Positions 43,555 to 50,752 of a DNA stretch of 64,000 nucleotides are shown here, one piece after another. Numbering within the stretch: position 1 is the first letter of the stretch; every line of letters starts with the position of its first letter. This DNA comes from Actinomycetales bacterium. GTDB lineage: Bacteria; Actinomycetota; Actinomycetes; Actinomycetales; Microbacteriaceae. The stretch lies in assembly GCA_038243605.1 (NCBI GenBank), contig JBBSQX010000011.1, positions 2,531 to 66,530 of the forward strand. The letters are read 5' to 3'. Both the position numbers and the translations under genes were made by a program. The notes beneath the pieces are model-generated. The model made no database searches and had not been told where the DNA came from. It was given only the letters and a program-made list of their open reading frames with translations.

Positions 43555-44904
43555 TCACGGTCGCTTGATGCGCCGGGAGGCGAGCACCACCACCAGAATG
43601 ATCACGCCGATGATCAGCAGCAGGAAGATGACCCCGCCTATCACGACCGGAACTAGCCACGACATCGACCGGTCGGCCTCTGGAGGTTTAGTTGCTGAGG
43701 GCGTCGGTGTACTCGCGTTCGTCCCGTTAGCAATCATCTCGGCAGAGGGACCCCACAGTGAGTTTTCTTGCACCAGAGGATTCACATCCGGATACTGCGT
43801 AGGATCCACTTTCAGCATGTGAGTTGCCGAGGCGATTCCGAACCCGATCCCGCTCGTAGCACTGTAGCCGAGTGGGTGATCTACGACTCCGGTGTTGTTG
43901 ATCAGGGTTTGAATCAACTGATTACCCGTCGCTTTGGGATACTTCTGCTTCACCAACGCCAAGAAACTTGACACAACCGGAGTCGCATACGAGGTGCCAT
44001 TGGCAAGACGCTGCGTCTCCCACGAACCATCCGCAGCAAAACCCTGAACCAGAATCCCACCACCAGGGCCCGCCACCACAACGTTAGGATCCTGCTCGGT
44101 CTGACCACCGGCAACATCCATCTTCACGTTGCCGTCAGAATCAACCCGCTGCACCGCTACCGCACCATTAGCCGTTGCTGGCCACGTTGCGGTAATAAAG
44201 TCTCCAGTGAGAAGCTCATTAGCAAGCGAACCAACAATGACAACGCCGTTGTGCTGCGCGTTTGCCACCGCATCAACAAGTTCAGGCACCGGAGAAACAC
44301 CCAACGACACCGAAATAATCTGTGCCCCCAACGCCACCGCGCTATCGACATAGTCGGCAACGATATCGCCAGAGTACTTTGCACCGCCCTCACCACGGCA
44401 CTCGAATATATTGCCGTCAGCGCTCGGCGGGCCCGTCATGAAATAGAGCACCTTCGCGCCAGGGGCTACGCCCTTCACCCCCGTCTGACCCGCATATCCA
44501 GCGCCCGTGCCCACAATCAACGACGTCACATTCGTACCGTGATCTGCATCCAAGGATGTCGAGGTCGGAGGAATCAACACACCCGACTCATCAAAACACT
44601 TCGAAGGCTGCACCTCAATATTGGTGCCCTTCAGTGTGGGTAAATCAAGATTGATCTGCGAATCCAACACCGCAATCGTCACACCCTTGCCCGTGATCCC
44701 CGCATCATGCGCATCCTGGATATGGAACACGTCGAAATACCAAAGACCTTCTTGCGGGGTCTCCGCCATCGCGGCAGAACCAGAACCCAGCAGCAGCCCC
44801 ACAACGGCAATAGCTGACACCACACGGGCGCTCCAACGCCGCACCGGCTTCGTTGCACCGCGATCAATGTTTACTCGGTATCGATTAGTCGTAGTCATCA
44901 GCAT
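43555..44904 (-). CDS. Membrane-anchored S8 serine protease, mycosin-like (paralog B)
   Basis: Closely parallels paralog A: LKGTNIEVQPSKCFDESGVLIPPTS..., ADHGTNVTS, NGTSYATPVVSS, ASATHMLKVDPTQYPDVNPL, then a C-terminal TM. Start taken at the ATG 44904; 44898 is also possible. Confidence 0.88.
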   Translation of the reverse strand: MLMTTTNRYRVNIDRGATKPVRRWSARVVSAIAVVGLLLGSGSAAMAETPQEGLWYFDVFHIQDAHDAGITGKGVTIAVLDSQINLDLPTLKGTNIEVQPSKCFDESGVLIPPTSTSLDADHGTNVTSLIVGTGAGYAGQTGVKGVAPGAKVLYFMTGPPSADGNIFECRGEGGAKYSGDIVADYVDSAVALGAQIISVSLGVSPVPELVDAVANAQHNGVVIVGSLANELLTGDFITATWPATANGAVAVQRVDSDGNVKMDVAGGQTEQDPNVVVAGPGGGILVQGFAADGSWETQRLANGTSYATPVVSSFLALVKQKYPKATGNQLIQTLINNTGVVDHPLGYSATSGIGFGIASATHMLKVDPTQYPDVNPLVQENSLWGPSAEMIANGTNASTPTPSATKPPEADRSMSWLVPVVIGGVIFLLLIIGVIILVVVLASRRIKRP

Positions 44905-45192
44905 CCGGTTCACCCTCACATTTGGAGCACCACTGCAGCGCCTACCGTCAAACACCTCACAACGACCGCACGAGTGGCGATCACCGAAAACAAGTAGACC
45001 TGAACAACGTCTGAAGGGTGAGATGCCACATCCTGCGCGACACGCCTGTCTGTGAACAGAGTATTCTATCCCTACCGTTGTTCGCGATCACTGTGCACCT
45101 CTTCTATGTATTGCGTGTGTAGAGAACTGACTAAACTCTGAAAAGTATCAAAACGGCCCGGGATGCGGGCACAACCTCAGTGGGGAAACGTG
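44905..45192. promoter_or_regulatory. Divergent promoter region between the two T7SS operons
   Basis: The only sizeable non-coding gap between divergent genes in the island, and visibly AT-richer. Contains a small palindrome TCTGT-GA-ACAGA (45049-45060). No -10/-35 assignment attempted. Confidence 0.4.
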
Positions 45193-46545
45193 ATGAGCCA
45201 GGCTGTCGCCACGACAGGAACACTCCTGCGAGTGTCAATCGTCAGTGAAGACCGGCGCCTCGACATCGGGGTGCCAGCACAACTTCCGCTCATCGAGCTC
45301 ATCCCCGGCTTCGCACGCAGCCTCGGAGTGCTCGACCCCACACTCGCACACGGCGGCTACGCCCTGCACAAAGCAGACGGCACCGCGCTCGACCCCAGTC
45401 GAAGCGGCGGCGCACAAGGAGTGCACGACGGCGACCTTCTCACTCTCGTGCGTGGCGGGCTCATTGCGGAACCGCGCATCTACGACGACATCGTCGAAGC
45501 CGTCATCGACGCCACCTCAGAACAACACGGAACGTGGACTCCACGAGACAGCGCCAGAACCGCCCTCGCCATCAGCCTCAGCTTTCTCGGCCTCTGTGCC
45601 GTCATGCTGCTCAGCGCTGGCCCCGCACTCAGCGTTGGCGCCATCAACCTCGGTGCGATCATCGCGGCAGGCGGCGCCATCGTTCTCGTCACCGCCGCCG
45701 CCGTGCTCACCCGCATGGGGCAGCCAGAAGCGGGCCACGCGTTAGGCCTCGCCGCGGCAGTGTTCGGCGGCATGACCGGATACCTGCTGGTACCGGGCGC
45801 CACGCTGTGGGGATGGCCACTCGCCGCCGCAGGGCTCGGGATGCTCATCGTCGGCGGCGCTGGCCTCGCACTAACCCAGCAGAAACCAGAAGTGCACCTC
45901 ATTCCGGTCACCTTCGGAGCCGTCCTAGGAATCACCGCGCTCCTCACCGCGGTGCTCGCGCCAGAAAGCCCTGCCGTCTACGCGATCATGATCGCCGTCA
46001 CCGCCACGCTCTCCAACGGATTACCGTGGCTAGCGCTCAGCTCCACCCGCATCCGGGTGATCTCCGCCCAAAATGACCTCGAAATTTTTGCCACCCCCGA
46101 ACCCATCAACGCCACTGACGTCAAAAATCGGACTGCCGCGGGGCAGCGAGTACTCGTCTCACTCAGAGTGGCACTCGGCCTCTCCGTGCTCACCGCAACA
46201 CCCCTCGTCGCTGCCACCGGTGGAGCAGGCGCAGCGCTGTGTGCGCTGGCCTTTGTGGGCATGATGTTCCAGTCGCGGCAGAGCTACGCACGACTCGGGG
46301 TACTCGTGCTCATGGCCGCCGGTGCCATCGGGCTCGCCGTCACCGGGCTCACCGTCAGTGCCGCACAACCAGACCTGCGGCCGGCGCTACTCACCATTCT
46401 TCTCAGCGTGACCGGCGCACTCGTCGTACTCACACTCCTCAGCCCCAAAGCTCGGCTGCGCCTGACAAAACTCGGAGACACCGTAGAGATCTTTGCCCTG
46501 GTTCTTCTCCTGCCGCTCGGCGCCGCCACGGTGGGGCTGCAGTAA
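45193..46545 (+). CDS. eccD: Type VII secretion integral membrane protein EccD (copy 2)
   Basis: LLRVSIVSEDRRLDIGVPAQLPLIELIPGFARSLG ubiquitin-like N-terminus plus about 11 TMs. The ATG at 45193 is preceded by GGGGAAA. Confidence 0.85.
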   Translation: MSQAVATTGTLLRVSIVSEDRRLDIGVPAQLPLIELIPGFARSLGVLDPTLAHGGYALHKADGTALDPSRSGGAQGVHDGDLLTLVRGGLIAEPRIYDDIVEAVIDATSEQHGTWTPRDSARTALAISLSFLGLCAVMLLSAGPALSVGAINLGAIIAAGGAIVLVTAAAVLTRMGQPEAGHALGLAAAVFGGMTGYLLVPGATLWGWPLAAAGLGMLIVGGAGLALTQQKPEVHLIPVTFGAVLGITALLTAVLAPESPAVYAIMIAVTATLSNGLPWLALSSTRIRVISAQNDLEIFATPEPINATDVKNRTAAGQRVLVSLRVALGLSVLTATPLVAATGGAGAALCALAFVGMMFQSRQSYARLGVLVLMAAGAIGLAVTGLTVSAAQPDLRPALLTILLSVTGALVVLTLLSPKARLRLTKLGDTVEIFALVLLLPLGAATVGLQ

Positions 46546-46548
46546 ACG

Positions 46549-47910
46549 ATGGCTACCAAAAAAGACCTCATAGAAGCGCAAGGATACAGTCGCAGACGGC
46601 TGCTCTCCGCGTTCACCGGCGGCGCACCAGGCGGCAAAGAGCTCGACCCCGCCAAGCCGTTACGCGCCGTCGTGGCCGGCATCGCCCTCACCGTGATGGT
46701 CATTCTGGGCGGAGTCTTCTACGGGATGATTCGCCCAGGACTCCCCACCGGATGGGAGAACAACCACCTCGTCGTGGCCAGCGACACAGGCGCGAGGTAC
46801 CTCTCCGTTGACGGCGTGCTCTACCCGGTCATCAATACGGCAAGCGCACGACTGCTAATCCCCTCCGGCAAATTCGCGGTGATCACCACCGACCAGAAAA
46901 CACTCGCCGACATTCCCATCGGCGGCGCCATTGGCATCCCCGGAGCACCAGACAACCTGCCATCCCCCGACTCGCTCGTGCGAGACGGATGGGCCGCGTG
47001 CGTCACAGACGACGCCCACACCGCTGTTGCCCTCCCCGACACCCAGCTACTTGAACCAACTGACAACGCCACCCTGGTGAAAGTAGAGAAACAGCTCTCC
47101 GTAATCATGGGAGAAAATCGCTACGCAGTTGACCACAGCGAAGCAGACTCCGTTCTGCGCGCGGTCGGGCTCGACGCCTCCAGCGCTGTCGACGTCGACA
47201 GCCGCTGGCTCAGCCTCTTCGAGCCGGGCGTTCCCCTCGCCCCGATCACGGTAGCGGATGCCGGCGACTCAATCCCCGGAAGCAGCCTCAAGGTCGGCAG
47301 TGCCGTGCACACCCAAGGAAGCCCAGAAGACCAACGTTTTCTTGTGACTAAAAACTCAGAGCTCGCGCCGCTCAGCCCCCTCGCCTACCAGCTCTACCTC
47401 CTCGGGAGCGGCGCAGATCTCGGCGCCGCTCGCGAGGTCAGCCCCGCCGAGATCGCCTCCCTCTCAACAGCCAAGAGCCCAGCGGGCGGAGAGGACTGGC
47501 CGACCACGCAGCTCACTCCCGTCGCTGACGACACCCCCCGCTGCGCCCTGCTCACCCACGAAAAAGAAGGCGAACCGCTCACCACGCTCGGCACGCTGAA
47601 AGCCGGAGCCACTCTGCCAGAACAGACCACCGACGTGAGCGTCAGCAGCAACGGCGGAGCCCTCATCCGAGTGGGCAGCAGTGGTGACGGCGGCGGGATG
47701 ATCTACCTCATCGATGGCGCAGGAACGGCCTACCCGATCCCCGCGGCAAACAAAGAAATCATCGGCAGACTCGGGTATGCCCCCTCCGACATCACCAGAG
47801 TTCCCGCCGCCTGGATCGACTTCATGCCCGCCGGGGCCAGCCTCACCGAGGAAGCAGCAGGCCAAAGCGCCAACGCGGGCACCAGCACGACAACCTCAGG
47901 GAAGTCGTGA
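46549..47910 (+). CDS. eccB: Type VII secretion protein EccB
   Basis: MATKKDLIEAQGYSRRRLLSAFTGG..., one TM, then a large extracytoplasmic domain (LYPVINTASARLL...). Confidence 0.92.
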   Translation: MATKKDLIEAQGYSRRRLLSAFTGGAPGGKELDPAKPLRAVVAGIALTVMVILGGVFYGMIRPGLPTGWENNHLVVASDTGARYLSVDGVLYPVINTASARLLIPSGKFAVITTDQKTLADIPIGGAIGIPGAPDNLPSPDSLVRDGWAACVTDDAHTAVALPDTQLLEPTDNATLVKVEKQLSVIMGENRYAVDHSEADSVLRAVGLDASSAVDVDSRWLSLFEPGVPLAPITVADAGDSIPGSSLKVGSAVHTQGSPEDQRFLVTKNSELAPLSPLAYQLYLLGSGADLGAAREVSPAEIASLSTAKSPAGGEDWPTTQLTPVADDTPRCALLTHEKEGEPLTTLGTLKAGATLPEQTTDVSVSSNGGALIRVGSSGDGGGMIYLIDGAGTAYPIPAANKEIIGRLGYAPSDITRVPAAWIDFMPAGASLTEEAAGQSANAGTSTTTSGKS

Positions 47911-49406
47911 TCGGGATGCGGCGCCTCGGCACCCTGATCGCACTGCTCGCCCTCAGCGCAGTGCCCATCCTTATTCCTAGCGCAAGCACCGTAGCGTTCG
48001 CCGCCGCCGGAGACACCCAATGTGCGCCAGGAACTATCGCCTACTCGCCGGACACCCCCGCCGCCCTCGGGCTGTTGCAGAACACCGCCGCCTGGACTCA
48101 CAGCACCGGGGCCGGTGTCATCGTGGCCATCGTGGACTCCGGCATCGACGCCCACAACGCGCACCTGAAAGACGCCGTTATCGGCGGCATCAACCTTGTC
48201 GGTGACGGCACAGACAGCTCCGGACTCAGCGACCTCGACGGGCACGGCACCGCCATCGCCGGACTCGTCGCCGCGCGCAGCGTTCCCGGCTCCGGAGTGA
48301 TCGGCCTGGCACCAGACGCAAAGCTGCTCTCGGTGCGCGTGTTCCGTGGCACGAATGAAGAAAACATTAAGGCCGGATTCGGGCCAACAATCGAGCGGCT
48401 CGCCCAAGGCATCCGCTACGCCACCGACCACGGAGCCACGATAATCAACGTGTCGCTCAGCGACTACACCGACTCTGGCCCGCTGCTCGCTGCTGTCAAC
48501 TACGCGACAGCGAACGGCAGCCTCATCGTTGCCAGTGCAGGCAACCGAGCAACCACCACAAACAAGACGGACGGGCCGCGGTACCCCGCCGCATACCCCG
48601 GAGTTCTTGGCGTCGCGGCCACCGGCCTCGACGGCATCGTGACAAACGACTCAATCCATGGCCCGCACGTCGCCATCTCCGCGCCCGGATCTGAAATTCT
48701 CACCTCCGCAACCGGAAGCGGCGACTGCCTCTACGCCTCCGACGCCCCCACTTCAAGCTTTGCGACCGGATACGTCAGTGCCGCAGCAGCGCTGGTCGCG
48801 TCGGCGCACCCGGATGAGACGCCAGCACACTGGGCCTACCGACTGCAGGCGACCGCCCTGCGAACCGACCGAGACCATCGCAACGACGAAGCCGGCTGGG
48901 GCGCGGTGCAACCCGCCGACGCCATCACTCTCGCACCGGGGGCAAGTACCCGTGGCCCGGAGGGCCCCTTCAGCGACACCAGCACCAGCGCTGTGCGGCC
49001 AGCCCACATCACCGTGGCGCCCGACTACAGCGTCTCGCCGTTTGATGTGGCCCAAAGCAGCATGGTGCTGCTCGTCGCGATTGCGGCAACACTGCTCGGC
49101 ACGCTTGGGCTCGTGATCGCGTTACGCGCACGTCGACGCAGTAGCGGTGTTGGCACTGGCGATGTTGGTACTGCTGGCGTGGGGAATGACGGTGCCGGCA
49201 TTGACGGTGTTGGCACTGGCGATGTCGGCACTGGCGATGTCGGCCGCAGCATTGCTGGCGGTCGCGGCAATGGTCGAAGCGGCATGGCTGGGGGTAGAAG
49301 CACTGGCGGTAGCGGGAACAGGAGCGGCACGGCCGGTGGTAGCGGGAACGGGAGCGGCACGGCCGGCGGTAGCAGCATCGGCAGCATCGGCAGCATCGCG
49401 ACGTAA
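47907..49406 (+). CDS. mycP: Mycosin (T7SS-associated S8 protease) with an 87-aa Gly-rich tail after the TM anchor
   Basis: Signal peptide, AIVDSGID, DLDGHGTAIAGLVAA, VASAGN and TSSFATGYVSAAAALV. TM is MVLLVAIAATLLGTLGLVIAL, followed by RARRRS and the repeat tail. GTGA overlap with the eccB stop. Confidence 0.9.
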   Translation: MIGMRRLGTLIALLALSAVPILIPSASTVAFAAAGDTQCAPGTIAYSPDTPAALGLLQNTAAWTHSTGAGVIVAIVDSGIDAHNAHLKDAVIGGINLVGDGTDSSGLSDLDGHGTAIAGLVAARSVPGSGVIGLAPDAKLLSVRVFRGTNEENIKAGFGPTIERLAQGIRYATDHGATIINVSLSDYTDSGPLLAAVNYATANGSLIVASAGNRATTTNKTDGPRYPAAYPGVLGVAATGLDGIVTNDSIHGPHVAISAPGSEILTSATGSGDCLYASDAPTSSFATGYVSAAAALVASAHPDETPAHWAYRLQATALRTDRDHRNDEAGWGAVQPADAITLAPGASTRGPEGPFSDTSTSAVRPAHITVAPDYSVSPFDVAQSSMVLLVAIAATLLGTLGLVIALRARRRSSGVGTGDVGTAGVGNDGAGIDGVGTGDVGTGDVGRSIAGGRGNGRSGMAGGRSTGGSGNRSGTAGGSGNGSGTAGGSSIGSIGSIAT

Positions 49407-49456
49407 AACCGCAGCCATTCCCCGTGCGAGAAGTCTGGTGTTTGCGGCGATGGCGA

Positions 49457-50488
49457 CTACTCGGAGCTCACGCTCATACCGACATCGCCAAGCACGAAGC
49501 GACCCTGCACCACAGCAGAGGCGGCCGGCTCAAGATAGTTTTCCGCACCGTCGGCCGCAACGACCATGACGCCGTTCGTGGATTTCAGGTCAGTGATAGT
49601 CCACTGGCCATTCCCAAACGTGAGACGTGCATGCGCCTTCGACAGCGTGCGGGTGGAATCCTCAATCGCAAGCAGCTGCGACGCTGCGTCATCTGATGAT
49701 GGATTGCGGCCCAACTCAACTCGAGTGGCGGTGAGCGCGAAGGCGCGGCCATCGTCGAGCCTGAGGCTCCACAGAACCGGCGACACGGGCTCCACGGGAG
49801 GCACCACCCGAACGTCAACCGCCTGAGGCTCAGCAGCCACGACAGGCACGGCGGGTGACACAGATACTGCGTTTGGTGGCAGTGGCACTGCTGGTTCGTC
49901 GGGTGGGGCAGGCGCGACAGATAAGGCAGGTTGGGCCGGTGCGACAGGGGCCTCTGCGGCGGATATTTGCGCGGGCGCCGATGGTGGTTTCTGAGGAATT
50001 GCGTAGCCAGAGGCATCCGTCACTCTCACTCCCAGAGTGGGTTCCGGTTTCACGCGAGGGCTAGCGACGCGATCCCCCCGCACCGGAGGGCTCGAGGCGA
50101 CACCAGCAGCAACTTGGACATCAGTCGTCACGCGGCCCCAGCCCAAAATAGACGCCCAGATTGGCGGGAACAAAAGCCCAACAACCGTCAGACCCGCACC
50201 GCGCCCGAGCTTACGGTTGATGCGCAGCAATGCGACCGCCTTCAAATACACGCCATACAACTGCAAGACCGGAATGAAGTAGTAAACGACCGACCAACCA
50301 GGGATACCGCCGCGTGTCAGAATCTCGGCCTCGTTCAGAACTGGCACCCAGCCCTTCCACGCCTCGCCACCGATCTTCGGGAACAGCCGAGACAAGGCGA
50401 TCGCGTACCAAACGAAACCAGCCACACCCGCGATGACAGTCAGCACCACGCCAACGACCACTGCTCCCTGCAGTTCGGGCGGCGTCAT
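49457..50488 (-). CDS. Membrane FHA-domain protein, paralog of 17405-19021
   Basis: From the ATG at 50488 (checked): ...AWKGWVPVLNEAEILTRGGIPGW... TM module, a Pro/Ala linker, and FHA (ELGRNP...TLSKAHARL...DLKSTNGVMV). The 64-aa extension in the ORF track is rejected. Confidence 0.85.
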   Translation of the reverse strand: MTPPELQGAVVVGVVLTVIAGVAGFVWYAIALSRLFPKIGGEAWKGWVPVLNEAEILTRGGIPGWSVVYYFIPVLQLYGVYLKAVALLRINRKLGRGAGLTVVGLLFPPIWASILGWGRVTTDVQVAAGVASSPPVRGDRVASPRVKPEPTLGVRVTDASGYAIPQKPPSAPAQISAAEAPVAPAQPALSVAPAPPDEPAVPLPPNAVSVSPAVPVVAAEPQAVDVRVVPPVEPVSPVLWSLRLDDGRAFALTATRVELGRNPSSDDAASQLLAIEDSTRTLSKAHARLTFGNGQWTITDLKSTNGVMVVAADGAENYLEPAASAVVQGRFVLGDVGMSVSSE

Positions 50489-50700
50489 CTCACACATTCC
50501 TTTCGACAGAACAAGGGCACAGCGAATGCACAACGAGTGCGACCGCGGGTGCTGGGCCACAACGGTGCACGGAAGAGGCCAGTGTAATTCTTGCACGGGT
50601 GCGGGAACGGCGGGGGTTCCCTTCGAGAGGGCCCTTGGCCTCCTCAGGAAGCGGCAAGGCGACCGCTGAACCGCCTCCACAGGTGACGGTTAACGCAAAG

Positions 50701-50728
50701 AGAGGGCCCCCGCGTAAGCGGAGACCCT
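50701..50728 (-). terminator. rpoC intrinsic terminator candidate
   Basis: GAGGGCCCCCGC (50701-12), loop GTAA, GCGGAGACCCTC (50717-28). On the transcript the stem needs two G-U pairs and is followed by UCUUUGCGUU. It lies 25 nt after the rpoC stop. Confidence 0.6.
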
Positions 50729-50752
50729 CAACTTTGAACTATCGACTACGTG

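Noticed and set aside
48700-48800. Mycosin 47907-49406 as an inactive pseudo-protease because GTSxAxP reads PTSSFATG
   Set aside because: Shifting the alignment by one residue keeps the catalytic Ser (TS-S-FA). Asp (AIVDSG), His (DGHGT) and the oxyanion Asn (SAGN) are all present.
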